From positions 224,001 through 288,000 of the IMG/VR virus record IMGVR_UViG_3300046522_000316: DNA of 64,000 nt. The stretch is one strand, 5' to 3'. Shown here in pieces: positions 45,471 through 54,903 of the stretch. Position numbers and translations under genes: made by a program. Source of the stretch: a virus (taxonomy: Duplodnaviria; Caudoviricetes). The first letter of the stretch is position 1, and every line of letters begins with the position of its first letter. The notes under the pieces were generated by a model, which made no database searches, was not told the DNA's origin, and worked only from the letters and a program-made list of their open reading frames with translations.

Positions 45471-45733
45471 TGTTGCAATTCCTGTTCATGGCGCCACATT
45501 TCTTTTTGACGCACGATTTCTTCCATCTGTGCGCGCAGCGGTGCTTCCTCTTCGTGCTGCTTCACACGGTCGGCGCACGTTTCGGTTTTGACGCAGTGCC
45601 CGCCAGTCCACGAACAGCCATAGCCGTTCTGGCTGGTGCCGTAAATGTGGGCATTGATTTGTGTACGCAACGGGCAATCAGAATTCCCGTGGCCCGGATG
45701 ATTTGCGTGATTACCTTTTTCAGGATGAATCAT
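45464..45733 (-). CDS. Cys/His-rich small protein
   Basis: DCP..HIY...GCSWTGGHC...C. Confidence 0.65.
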   Translation of the reverse strand: MIHPEKGNHANHPGHGNSDCPLRTQINAHIYGTSQNGYGCSWTGGHCVKTETCADRVKQHEEEAPLRAQMEEIVRQKEMWRHEQELQQW

Positions 45734-46197
45734 TAGTCGCCCCTTGGTGGATTACGTGGCACGCGTTTGTTTGCCAACGCACAATGAATACGTGTCGAAT
45801 TCGCGCCGGTAGTTTTGCAAATATCGGTGTGGCCCAAACCCAATTTATCAGCCAGCCGAATCACGGCACCCAACACAAATTCAGCAGACACTGCGTCGGT
45901 TGGTTCATCGTGCTGGCGTGGATACGGGCGCTCTTCCAGTGGCTCAGGTTGGCGCACCACAATGAACGAACGCAAACCAATTTCGCACAGCACGTCGTAG
46001 GCTTCTGCGAGCGTGTAGCTAAGGCGCCGCCCTTTTTCGTCAACCAACGTGCGCGTCTGCCCGCCGATGAAAAACGTGATGATGAAATTGTCTTTGAAAG
46101 TCGCTTCAAACAATCGGCAAACTTCCGGTGTTTCGGTGTACGGCGCCAGAACCTTTTTGGCCCGGTTCAACGTGAGTGAATCCCCGCGTGTAGTCAC
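45733..46197 (-). CDS. hypothetical protein resembling small plasmid ParC/RepB-annotated proteins, with an HTH-like tail
   Basis: LVDEKGRRLSYTLAEAYDVLCEIGLRSFIV; LGHTDICKTTGANSTRIHCAL. Confidence 0.5.
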   Translation of the reverse strand: MTTRGDSLTLNRAKKVLAPYTETPEVCRLFEATFKDNFIITFFIGGQTRTLVDEKGRRLSYTLAEAYDVLCEIGLRSFIVVRQPEPLEERPYPRQHDEPTDAVSAEFVLGAVIRLADKLGLGHTDICKTTGANSTRIHCALANKRVPRNPPRGD

Positions 46198-46649
46198 TTG
46201 CGCCTCCGCTCTTCTTTTGTCTTCGTCACGATTTTCATCATGTCGGAGAACTCGAAATTTTCGTCATTTTGGCAGCGGTAGACAATCAGTTTAAATCCGA
46301 CTGTGCCCTGTTCCCACGCCGATGGATCGTTGAGGTGTTCCAGCGTCTTTGCGTCGAACGCACCCATGCGGAAAGTGTTTGAGAAATGGCCGTCTGCCGT
46401 ATTTAACCAAACCGCTTTTTCATTCGGTTTAAGTTCTTCTTTTACCCACGCTTCGATTGCCTTCACCACGCCTTCATAACTCAGGTCGTAGTCGATGCCG
46501 GTGTGGCCCTTCGGCGGCACGGCACCCGGTGGATTCAGATGCGGATACCAGTAGTCGATACTCGGCGTCATAATGTTGAGGCCTGTGTGTTCGTACTCGT
46601 ATGCGTAAATCGGCATACGTGACAATACAGCATCCCAATCAATTTTCAT
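46194..46649 (-). CDS. hypothetical protein
   Basis: SD GGAGG. Confidence 0.7.
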   Translation of the reverse strand: MKIDWDAVLSRMPIYAYEYEHTGLNIMTPSIDYWYPHLNPPGAVPPKGHTGIDYDLSYEGVVKAIEAWVKEELKPNEKAVWLNTADGHFSNTFRMGAFDAKTLEHLNDPSAWEQGTVGFKLIVYRCQNDENFEFSDMMKIVTKTKEERRRK

Positions 46650-47011
46650 TGTCCCTCCTGCAAATTGTTCCGTCGCACAAATCCGAAGCTCAACACGTAG
46701 CGCGTGCCCGCAACAACAGGCGTCACGCTGTGCAGATGCAGATCAGGCCGGAAGAAAGTGAAAAAACGATTACTGAAAATTGCACCAGCGTGTTCCGGTA
46801 CACCACCATCCTTTGCGTTCCACAAATAAACGTTCAGCCGGTAATGCTTGTGGTCTGGCACAGGATCGCGATGCTTTGGAATTCCAGATCCCACCGGATA
46901 ACGCAGCAGGTACAAATCCCATTTGAAGCGACTGAAAAACTTCCAACGATTTAGGAGTTTCAGTTTTTCATAACCGGTTCCCTGTCGGCCCGGTTCCCAA
47001 TTGAATCGCAT
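46646..47011 (-). CDS. minimal 2OG-Fe(II) oxygenase
   Basis: LLRYPVGSGIPKHRD...RLNVYL..GG...FRPD..LHSVTPV..GTRYVLSFG (HxD, H, RxS-like). Confidence 0.85.
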   Translation of the reverse strand: MRFNWEPGRQGTGYEKLKLLNRWKFFSRFKWDLYLLRYPVGSGIPKHRDPVPDHKHYRLNVYLWNAKDGGVPEHAGAIFSNRFFTFFRPDLHLHSVTPVVAGTRYVLSFGFVRRNNLQEGQ

Positions 47012-47014
47012 GGC

Positions 47015-47293
47015 CTACACCTTTTCGATTGCTGCAAAGCCACGATGTTGCAAGTAACTGCTAGCCCATGACAGGACGGCCCGCGATTCTGCGTCAGGAT
47101 TGACCCGCACAACTTCGAAGGTTTTGTCGGCATTAACCCGGATGGAAAATTCAGCATCCGTTCTAGGAATTACCGCGTCAATTACACACGCGTCGTCTTG
47201 CGGTTCGATGTTGCAGAAAATCACATCGTAAACACCAAGCAATTCATCTTGCATTTGAGTGCATACGACTTCTGTGTTGATACCGATGTTCAT
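47015..47293 (-). CDS. hypothetical protein
   Basis: Co-directional ORF. Confidence 0.7.
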   Translation of the reverse strand: MNIGINTEVVCTQMQDELLGVYDVIFCNIEPQDDACVIDAVIPRTDAEFSIRVNADKTFEVVRVNPDAESRAVLSWASSYLQHRGFAAIEKV

Positions 47294-47318
47294 AAAAACC
47301 GACCTCGGAATTAATGGC

Positions 47319-47341
47319 GCACGTTTTTGAACAGAACGTGC
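47319..47341 (-). promoter_or_regulatory. intergenic hairpin
   Basis: GCACGUU-(9 nt)-AACGUGC. Confidence 0.5.
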
Positions 47342-47354
47342 AAACTGTTAGGCC

Positions 47355-47783
47355 TTACTGTGCAGCGCCGCCTTTCAGTTCCAGCAGGCGAGCTTCCAGA
47401 GCTTCGACCGACAGGTCTTCCAGTGCCGCGTCTTTCTTCTTGGCGAGAGTGTCGGAGATTTTCGCGATTTCGGTTTCGCGTGCTTTCTGTTCGGTCTTCG
47501 CTTTGTTTTCAGCAACGCGGGTGTCGATGATGCTTTTCACCACGTCGAAACGCAGCTGAATCACCGGATCTTTTTTCGCGCCGGAAACGAAGCTTTTGTT
47601 TTTGCCTTTTTCCAGCTGTTCGTCGAGGTCGATTGCCAGCGAATCGAGGCTCGCTTTGTTGGAGCCGCGTGCGGTCAACGGCAGATCCCACAGGTCTTCG
47701 ACCGACAGCTTACCGATTGGAGTGTCGAAGCGCAGTTTCTGGCGGGTAGCTTGTTCGAAAACGTTTGCGATTTCAGTAGTCAT
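47355..47783 (-). CDS. conserved phage protein of unknown function
   Basis: FEQATRQKLRFDTPIGKLSVEDLWDL...LRFDVVKSII: motif recalled from many phages (unverified). Confidence 0.8.
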   Translation of the reverse strand: MTTEIANVFEQATRQKLRFDTPIGKLSVEDLWDLPLTARGSNKASLDSLAIDLDEQLEKGKNKSFVSGAKKDPVIQLRFDVVKSIIDTRVAENKAKTEQKARETEIAKISDTLAKKKDAALEDLSVEALEARLLELKGGAAQ

Positions 47784-47815
47784 TTTTCAGTTCTCTTTTT
47801 TCAGGTTTTACGGGA

Positions 47816-49834
47816 TTAGAATTTTACGTTCAGGATGCGATTGATTGCGCCCTTCACACGGACTTGCAGTTCAGCACGATCATTGACCGAGAAGCCAAGG
47901 CCGCTCAATTGGTCAGCGCTCGCAGGCACTTTCATTTGCGCGGAAACCGCTTCGAAAGCTTTGCGATGTTTGCTCAGTTCATCGCGCAGGTATTCGTTGT
48001 AGAAACCACGGGTGCCCTCTTCGTTCACGCAGCCTTTGAGCATAAAGAAAACATGCTCATGGCCCACGGCTTGATCGTTCCAGAAGTTTGGCGACTTCGT
48101 GATCAAATCAACCGGTGTCCATTCTTCGGTTTTGACGCCCCAGTTTTCAACCGAGGAACCTACGCCGCCGAGAATGCCTTCGCCTTCGATGCTGATATTG
48201 CCCGCCGCATCGACGTTGATATAACCAACGGTAACGCGACGATCATTGCCCAGCGCCATTGGATGCGCGAAGCTATAGATTTTGCCCAGCACTTCAATTT
48301 CAACGTCGAAGCCGACATTATTGGTGGAACGCTGCGACCAGTTGTGAACCTTAATTTCGTAGCGGCCACGGTTGATATCGCCTTTGGCAGTCCAGAAAAT
48401 GTTTTCCACTGGATCAACACTGTTCTTGGCGGAACCGGCGTTCATGTCCACATCGAGCGTGGCACCGAAAACTTTACGGGTACGGAAGTCGCAAACGTCA
48501 CGACCATTGTTTACGCTCAGGTCGAGGTCATCGCCGTTCTGCCACGAAAGCGAAACGCGAATATCGCCGTCGATTTTACCGCCTGCTTTTTTCACACGTT
48601 CGCGAATCGACGACGAAGTAACTTCACCGATGTACGACCACGAAAATGGGTTGTCCCATTTCAGCAGTGGTTTCGCATCCGGATTAACCGGGGCGATCAG
48701 GGAAACGAAACTGGCGGTGTGTTCGCTCTTCACCAGCACTTCGAGGGTATCGGCTTTCGGCAAAACTTTCTTGATGAAATCTTTGATCGAAATGTCTTCA
48801 ACATCGTTCAGCACTGGAACGTTTTTCTTGGTCGGTTTGATGCTGCCAAACGCGCCGCCCAGCAGTTGCTTTTTCACCGTGCCGTCAACGAACAAAACGT
48901 CGTTAACCGAAATGTCTTCACGCACCGCATAACGACGCGCCAGCGAATCACCGAGGCCCAGTTTCTCGACCAGCTTTTCAGCTTCGTCGATCATTTTCTG
49001 AGTGACCAACGCTTTCGAACGTTTGTAGTTCGGGCCAGCGGTTTTGAATTCGAAAGCCTTCACGGCGTTTTCGAGTTCCATGCCTTTGGTGATATCCGAC
49101 AGCAGCGTGCCCACAACGTCGTTGAGAATGCGGGTGTGTGGCGTCGAATTCTTCCACAGGAAAATTTCACGACCGCGTTCGGTTTTCAGCTTGGCGTAAT
49201 CCGCTTTCAGCTTGCGCAGCGCTACAACTTTCTTGCGCTTTTCGTCGCCTTTGTACAGCGAGTCGGTGTCGATCAGATCCATCACGATATCAATCGCGAA
49301 ATCCGAGATTTCATTGATCGAACGTTCCAGCAGATTTTTGTCTGCGTTGGATTCACCGATGTAGTCAGTTGGGTTTTTATCCCAACGGAAAAGCGCAGGC
49401 ACCAGACCGTGGAAGTGGTGCCACACTTCGCCCGTTTCTTGGCTGGTGGTTTTCGCACAACCGTATTGCGGCATTTCCGCAATGAAACGGTTTTTGATTT
49501 TCAGCGAACGCACCTTCGCCGCCATTGCATCGGCCACCGCTTGATGCGTTGGATCATCGACCTGCACATCCCACACGGTCAGCAGCTTACCTTTCTCGGC
49601 GTACACGACAGCACCGAGGTTGCGCACGAAGTTGTGGCAGGTATTGCACTCGTATTCGCGACGTTCACGGAACATCGGGTTGGTGCCTTCAGGGAACGAC
49701 GCAAGGTAATGCGCCCACAATTCGTCACCGTGGATATCAACGAGGAAAACGCTGTTCTTTTTCCCTTCGTCTTTTTGCAGCATCGAATTGTAGTTTGCAG
49801 TTACAGCCTGACCGAATTTCGAAAAATCACTCAT
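47816..49834 (-). CDS. large conserved phage protein with a C-terminal YfaP/DUF2135-like domain
   Basis: N-terminal ECNTC and WHHFH; C-terminal DIRVSLSWQNGDDLDLSV...LDVDMNAG...VENIFW...GRYEIKVHNW. Confidence 0.8.
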   Translation of the reverse strand: MSDFSKFGQAVTANYNSMLQKDEGKKNSVFLVDIHGDELWAHYLASFPEGTNPMFRERREYECNTCHNFVRNLGAVVYAEKGKLLTVWDVQVDDPTHQAVADAMAAKVRSLKIKNRFIAEMPQYGCAKTTSQETGEVWHHFHGLVPALFRWDKNPTDYIGESNADKNLLERSINEISDFAIDIVMDLIDTDSLYKGDEKRKKVVALRKLKADYAKLKTERGREIFLWKNSTPHTRILNDVVGTLLSDITKGMELENAVKAFEFKTAGPNYKRSKALVTQKMIDEAEKLVEKLGLGDSLARRYAVREDISVNDVLFVDGTVKKQLLGGAFGSIKPTKKNVPVLNDVEDISIKDFIKKVLPKADTLEVLVKSEHTASFVSLIAPVNPDAKPLLKWDNPFSWSYIGEVTSSSIRERVKKAGGKIDGDIRVSLSWQNGDDLDLSVNNGRDVCDFRTRKVFGATLDVDMNAGSAKNSVDPVENIFWTAKGDINRGRYEIKVHNWSQRSTNNVGFDVEIEVLGKIYSFAHPMALGNDRRVTVGYINVDAAGNISIEGEGILGGVGSSVENWGVKTEEWTPVDLITKSPNFWNDQAVGHEHVFFMLKGCVNEEGTRGFYNEYLRDELSKHRKAFEAVSAQMKVPASADQLSGLGFSVNDRAELQVRVKGAINRILNVKF

Positions 49835-49886
49835 GTACTTACACTTCCTTCATGTTGGTATATTTTTAGGATCGCTTGGCACGCAA

Positions 49887-50132
49887 TTACATTTCGCGTT
49901 TGCTTTTGTCTTTGCGTAATTCGCCAACGAATCCGAGGTCTTTTTTGCAGCCCAAACAAATGCCGTGACAGGCCATGTTTTCGCGGTAGGCTTTGTGCGG
50001 GCACCGCCACTGCTTGAGCTTGTCGAGGAACGCCAGCAAGACGACCACGGCAATCAGCACCAGTAGGAGGGTCATTCCCACTGCCATTTCTGCCAGCGTC
50101 TTGGAAATCCAAAACCAGAAATAGTCGAACAT
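49887..50132 (-). CDS. TM protein with Cys/His cluster
   Basis: TM then CPH...CHGICLGC. Confidence 0.7.
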   Translation of the reverse strand: MFDYFWFWISKTLAEMAVGMTLLLVLIAVVVLLAFLDKLKQWRCPHKAYRENMACHGICLGCKKDLGFVGELRKDKSKREM

Positions 50133-50133
50133 T

Positions 50134-50544
50134 TTATCCCCGCTTTTTGCCGATGAAAGATTGCTCTTTACGGAACGCCTCGCTCCAGATATCGGCGTGG
50201 TCGTTGTTGATATCGACGTAGGGATTATCCTTACCGCCGAAACCTTCCTGCGCCATCATCTTGCCCATTTGCGCCGGGCTGTATTCTTCGAACTCATGTT
50301 CGCGAACATACAGGATGGAAATGCGGGCGCCGCCTTTGTCGATATTCACTTCTTCCATGATCGGATCGGTCATTTGACGAAGCGAAGGGCCATACGACCA
50401 GACGCACATAGAGCCTTCGTAAACCGACTGCCATTCGTGTTTTTGGTACGCTTGGATTTTTACGGTTACATCAAAACGGCGTTTGCACTTTACGAATTTC
50501 AACGGCATTACATATTCCTCATTTTTTCCATCAAAGCATCCCAC
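50134..50544 (-). CDS. hypothetical protein
   Basis: Co-directional ORF. Confidence 0.7.
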   Translation of the reverse strand: MGCFDGKNEEYVMPLKFVKCKRRFDVTVKIQAYQKHEWQSVYEGSMCVWSYGPSLRQMTDPIMEEVNIDKGGARISILYVREHEFEEYSPAQMGKMMAQEGFGGKDNPYVDINNDHADIWSEAFRKEQSFIGKKRG

Positions 50545-50720
50545 ACGTCACGCGGGCGGTCATTGCGGGTGAACGGTACGCAGCGGTCGGCGTCGAGGCC
50601 AAAGCTCGCTACGGTATCGGCTGGCACATCCTCAACAGCGTGAGTAATTGCCTCGGCCATGTTTACGCCGGTTTTCGGTTCGTACCGATCATCGACGATT
50701 TCATAAGAACGATTTTCCAT
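50508..50720 (-). CDS. hypothetical protein
   Basis: Co-directional ORF. Confidence 0.55.
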   Translation of the reverse strand: MENRSYEIVDDRYEPKTGVNMAEAITHAVEDVPADTVASFGLDADRCVPFTRNDRPRDVWDALMEKMRNM

Positions 50721-50757
50721 TTTGTATTTCCTCGCCTTCCTCAGTGCAGCAATTCGC

Positions 50758-51438
50758 TCACGGATTCAGATGCAGTTGGTATTTCTCGACCATGTGAGCC
50801 AAACCCGGATGGGCACAACCCATGGAACCTTTCATCATGTTGATCATTTGCCCAACGAACCACGCACGGGTTTCGTATTGCTTGTGAGGCTTTTTGCCGT
50901 CGCCTGCAATCGTGAATTCGTTTTCCTTGTACCCGGCAGCTTCAAGCAACGGCAGAAGCTCGGCGCCGTAGTGCTTGATATTTACATTATCTGCCAACTC
51001 GATGTATTCCTTCAGCAGAAGCATCAAGCGGCAGGCAACCCAGTCGTTCGGCTGAATGTTGGAACCGCCGTGCGTCGCTGCCCAGTCCGTCAGAATCTTT
51101 TTGATTTCTGCCACGTAACTGTTCATCTTTTCCTGATTGTCCAACGTCTGCAAACGGCGGCTTTCTTCTGCCTGTTTGTATTCGTCGGATTGGCGGTAAG
51201 CTTCGGCGTTATCGTCCGAAACTTTTTTGTACACCAGATAAGCCAGTTCAGGGTCATCGGTATAAACCAGATTCAGCGTGACGCCGTTGCACACCAGCAC
51301 GCCTTTGACTTGCTGCCCGGCGTCCTTTTTTTGTTTGAGGATTACCAGCGCTTCTTTGATGCTTTCGCGAATGCTGTACCCGCCAATGCCTTCGAAGTGG
51401 TAAACAGCACCTTCACGCTTTACGATATCGACAGCCAT
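50758..51438 (-). CDS. hypothetical protein
   Basis: TAATG overlap. Confidence 0.75.
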   Translation of the reverse strand: MAVDIVKREGAVYHFEGIGGYSIRESIKEALVILKQKKDAGQQVKGVLVCNGVTLNLVYTDDPELAYLVYKKVSDDNAEAYRQSDEYKQAEESRRLQTLDNQEKMNSYVAEIKKILTDWAATHGGSNIQPNDWVACRLMLLLKEYIELADNVNIKHYGAELLPLLEAAGYKENEFTIAGDGKKPHKQYETRAWFVGQMINMMKGSMGCAHPGLAHMVEKYQLHLNP

Positions 51439-51686
51439 TATTTCGGTTCCTTCTGCAATGTGTTGTAGGCCTGATCGCGCAAATGTTCCAGCTGCGAAGC
51501 GACCAAAGATTCTTCACGATTGAGCAAATAATTCTGCCCGGTTTCTTGCATGCGGCGGTGCGCTAATTCTCGCATCGCTTCCAGCACGCCGAGAGCGTAT
51601 GTGTAATCTGCGCGGGCTTGCTTGTAGTCGGTGAACGTTGTACACGAATAACTTACGTTGGCTGGGGTTTGATCGGGCGTTGGCAT
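51438..51686 (-). CDS. hypothetical protein
   Basis: Start moved to MPTPDQ. Confidence 0.6.
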   Translation of the reverse strand: MPTPDQTPANVSYSCTTFTDYKQARADYTYALGVLEAMRELAHRRMQETGQNYLLNREESLVASQLEHLRDQAYNTLQKEPK

Positions 51687-52198
51687 ACGTCTTCCTCCTG
51701 TGCCAGTTCCACGATTTCGATATTCTGCAACCAACCGAAACCGACAAGGCCGTGGTGATGATGGAAAATCTTCAGTGCGAAATTCTGCACTTCGTCCGGT
51801 CGCAAATAAATGGGCAACCAGTGGCCCCACTCAACGCAAACGTCTTCTTTCCGTTCGCGCAGCCAGTCTTTGTATTCACAGTTATCGAGGTTCGGCTGCT
51901 GCCATGGATGCGCGACCACAAAATTGTGGAATTTCACATGCGGATCGGATGGACTGAAACCGCCACCACTTTCGCAATTAATCAGCCACGCATATTCCCA
52001 CCATACGCGACTGTCATGCTTGAACTTTTTCCACGCAGGATCGAACACCGTCATGGCCGACAAATAATCGTCAGCCTGTTGTGCCAGCATGACAACTTCG
52101 TCGAATTCCATGTGGCCGTAAACCTGACGCAGGTTGCGCAATTTCATTTCGCACAACCGGGTAACGAATCCGCTTTTCGGTTTTTGTTCTTCAGACAT
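51653..52198 (-). CDS. hypothetical protein
   Basis: Co-directional ORF. Confidence 0.75.
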   Translation of the reverse strand: MSEEQKPKSGFVTRLCEMKLRNLRQVYGHMEFDEVVMLAQQADDYLSAMTVFDPAWKKFKHDSRVWWEYAWLINCESGGGFSPSDPHVKFHNFVVAHPWQQPNLDNCEYKDWLRERKEDVCVEWGHWLPIYLRPDEVQNFALKIFHHHHGLVGFGWLQNIEIVELAQEEDVCQRPIKPQPT

Positions 52199-53084
52199 TT
52201 ACAGATTCCTTGTGCAAGGCCCTTGCGAGAATATCCGGGTCATACGTCGAACCCGAATCAATGCATTTCACCCGGCACCCTTTGACCAGTTCGTAAGCCG
52301 CTTCATTCACCAGCAGAACGTCACCGTGATTGAGGGCGATTGTGTGCAGTGATTCGCCGTTGATATCCAACACCGCGCTAGGCATGTGCAGCAAGGCCCT
52401 TGAGAGCGCCGTAGAGGCCCAATCGCCGTGTGACTTAACGTTGATTACCAGTGCATGCGAAAACCCTTTACGCCAGCCCACACGACGCGGATGCAGCGCG
52501 GCTTCCAGCATCCGGCGACCGTTGGCAACTTCCACCAGCGGTTCAGCCTGCTTTGCACTAGGTTTGCGTTTACCCGGTTTCGATTCATCACCGATTTTGC
52601 AAACGTCGATGTAGTTCACGCGGAAAACCATCGTGTAACCGAGTTCCTGCATTTCCTCAACACAGGCCTGATTAAACGCCGGGTTGTCGTTGGGCCAGAT
52701 GGTTGCAACGTTCCGGAACTTCGCAGGGGAAAGTCGCAACAGCTTTTCATTCGTTTCGACGAAAAGCTGTTTCAGCCGCATACAGATGTTTTCGATAATT
52801 GCGGGCCACTGATCAGGCTCCACATTCGTGACCGGCAACCGGGAAATAAAACAGGCGTCGGCACCGATTTGAATTTTGTAACCACGCTCGCCCATCAGTT
52901 CACGCAGAGCGCGCTGATTCGGATTGGTCAGCGGAGTGAAACCGTAGTCCGTTGCCAACGCGTTTACGGTGCGGCGTGGAATGCGCACCTTTGGATTATC
53001 CGAACCACCAACACGACCAATCAAATCGTCAGCGAATTTGTGGAACTGCTTGCTGAATTCCACACGCGGTTTAGGATGCTGCAT
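52191..53084 (-). CDS. hypothetical protein
   Basis: Co-directional ORF. Confidence 0.75.
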   Translation of the reverse strand: MQHPKPRVEFSKQFHKFADDLIGRVGGSDNPKVRIPRRTVNALATDYGFTPLTNPNQRALRELMGERGYKIQIGADACFISRLPVTNVEPDQWPAIIENICMRLKQLFVETNEKLLRLSPAKFRNVATIWPNDNPAFNQACVEEMQELGYTMVFRVNYIDVCKIGDESKPGKRKPSAKQAEPLVEVANGRRMLEAALHPRRVGWRKGFSHALVINVKSHGDWASTALSRALLHMPSAVLDINGESLHTIALNHGDVLLVNEAAYELVKGCRVKCIDSGSTYDPDILARALHKESVNV

Positions 53085-53415
53085 TTTGCGGTTCCTGTGC
53101 AGGCGAATGTGCGCCGATCATTTCCAGAATTTCGTTGATGTGGTCAGCGCCCTTTTCTTTCATGCGTGGGCCGTAGGCTTCCATAAATTCGTTATGCCGT
53201 TGCGTTACACGACGCACCGAATCATTCACATTTGCCGGACTGGCCCCAGTTTGTTCAGCGGCCACTTTCTGCGTGAGTCCTTCGACCAAAACCAGATACG
53301 CGCCCTTCGTGGATTTTACCGACAGGTCTGTGCGCATCCATTTTGCATGCACCAGAAATTCAGCTTCGGTTAGGGTTGGGTATTCTTTCCGTGGTACACA
53401 TCCGCCGTAATACAT
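53071..53415 (-). CDS. KorA/TrfB-like HTH DNA-binding protein
   Basis: LTEAEF...AYLVLVEGLTQKVAAEQTGASPANVNDSVRRV vs RK2 KorA LTESQF...ARGVLVDGKPQATFATSLGLTRGAVSQAVHRV (recalled). Confidence 0.75.
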   Translation of the reverse strand: MYYGGCVPRKEYPTLTEAEFLVHAKWMRTDLSVKSTKGAYLVLVEGLTQKVAAEQTGASPANVNDSVRRVTQRHNEFMEAYGPRMKEKGADHINEILEMIGAHSPAQEPQNAAS

Positions 53416-53738
53416 TATCTCGCCTTCCTCGTTTTTGGTTTTCTATATTTTTTGCCAGCAGCACGACACAAAATTTTATGCAGCGTGTCGTCTTTTTTCA
53501 CTAGGCCCGCCGCGCAAAGCACGTGGGCATTTTCCTTGAGGTCTTCACGGAAATTTTCAATTGCATCGTTGCGGCGTTGTTCACGTTTATGCTGGATTTC
53601 TTCCAAAGTATTTTCGGTAGATTCCAAAACCTTGTCGGCCCATGTATCAGAGCGGCGGGTGCTGTAACTTTCACTGTACCCGCCCATGCCCATAGAGGAC
53701 GCGACACGCCACATCATCCCGCCGAACGATCCGCCCAT
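53415..53738 (-). CDS. hypothetical protein
   Basis: Co-directional ORF. Confidence 0.7.
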   Translation of the reverse strand: MGGSFGGMMWRVASSMGMGGYSESYSTRRSDTWADKVLESTENTLEEIQHKREQRRNDAIENFREDLKENAHVLCAAGLVKKDDTLHKILCRAAGKKYRKPKTRKAR

Positions 53739-53740
53739 TT

Positions 53741-54166
53741 TTAAAGCATCCCCTCTTCCGGAATTTGTACCGGATAAACTTCACAGTGATCGGATGGCGC
53801 GGCCAGTGCAATAACAGGCCACTTGCCGGAACTATCCGGGTTGCGTTGGCGGTGTGCGTCCAACCATTTCAACGCCGCATGTTCCATGTGGTGTGCGTTG
53901 GTACGGATGATTCCAACACGCCGCATTTCGTTCCCGGTCGGGGTCATCGTGTAGACGTTGAATATTCCGACACACGCGGCGCCGTCGTACTGGTTCTGCT
54001 GCCAACCCAAACCCGGATCAACAAACGCCACATCCTGCGCATCGTACTGCTGCCGAAAATAATGCAGAAACTCTTCCAGCTTTTCACCGCCGTTTCTAAA
54101 TCCTTTGCGGACTGGCAGGCGGTGATAGTCGTAGGTACGGCTAAACGAATCAATGACAGTAGGCAT
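53741..54166 (-). CDS. hypothetical protein
   Basis: SD GAGGG. Confidence 0.7.
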   Translation of the reverse strand: MPTVIDSFSRTYDYHRLPVRKGFRNGGEKLEEFLHYFRQQYDAQDVAFVDPGLGWQQNQYDGAACVGIFNVYTMTPTGNEMRRVGIIRTNAHHMEHAALKWLDAHRQRNPDSSGKWPVIALAAPSDHCEVYPVQIPEEGML

Positions 54167-54193
54167 AGTTGGCCCTCATATTATTTACAGTAT

Positions 54194-54231
54194 CTGAGTT
54201 CACTGCAAAGGGCACCATTCTAGATGCCCTT
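54194..54231 (-). repeat. hairpin module copy 1 (GCATCTAGAWTGGTGC-N3-TTGCAG-N2-AA-N-TCAG)
   Basis: AAGGGCAUC-UAGAAU-GGUGCCCUU then UGCAGUGAACUCAG; second copy near 59124-59163. Confidence 0.7.
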
Positions 54232-54241
54232 CACCAGTTGA

Positions 54242-54673
54242 TCAGTAGGTGATTTCGTTGAGGTCTTTGCCTTCGAGTTCCCATTCGTTCACGCGGTCTT
54301 CACCGTACTCGCGAATCAGGTCGTTGCGTCGGCGCCCGTACAGAATTGTTTTGTATTCTTCGCGGGTTAAAACCAGTTCTTTATCCGTCTCGCTCAGCAG
54401 CTGGTCAATCGACGATCCCCACGTTAGCATGCTGTTGACATTCGTCGCAGGTTCACCGATGTGGCGGATGATGGATTCACCAATCGCGTGAATTGACACT
54501 TCGCCCAAAACTTCACGAAATTCATAAACCGTGTTCGGTTTGAAAAAGTCGTGATTCTGAAACGAAGCACCGACCAGCAAACCGTCAGCGTCGTTACACC
54601 CTCGGAAAATAAATCGACCTATCGCCCTCATGTTGTCACGGCCTCCGAATGAAACCAGCGCTGGTGAATCCAC
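54242..54673 (-). CDS. hypothetical protein
   Basis: Co-directional ORF. Confidence 0.7.
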   Translation of the reverse strand: MDSPALVSFGGRDNMRAIGRFIFRGCNDADGLLVGASFQNHDFFKPNTVYEFREVLGEVSIHAIGESIIRHIGEPATNVNSMLTWGSSIDQLLSETDKELVLTREEYKTILYGRRRNDLIREYGEDRVNEWELEGKDLNEITY

Positions 54674-54903
54674 GTAGCGCTAACAATTGAAAACGCAGCA
54701 GCCGTGCCGTTGATAAAGCAGTACCACCACGTACCCTGCATAAAGATCGTGGCGTAGGTGCCAGCCGCTACAAACTCAAACGTACCCTGCACATACGAAG
54801 TGGCGAACATGCTCCACCACTTGTTGTGCTGAATGTTTTTGAACTGAAAACCTTTCAGGAAAATCGCGATGAACGTCACACAAAAAGCTGTCACGTAAAT
54901 CAT
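54628..54903 (-). CDS. small membrane protein
   Basis: Three hydrophobic segments. Confidence 0.7.
   Translation of the reverse strand: MIYVTAFCVTFIAIFLKGFQFKNIQHNKWWSMFATSYVQGTFEFVAAGTYATIFMQGTWWYCFINGTAAAFSIVSATWIHQRWFHSEAVTT

Noticed and set aside
47864-50017. 717-aa plus-strand ORF and the many other long plus-strand ORFs (e.g. 1..561, 24754..26106, 14197..15495)
   Set aside because: They are antisense shadows of minus-strand genes, with atypical composition (rich in F, H, V, Q, R) and no motifs; codon bias of the real genes suppresses stops on the opposite strand.
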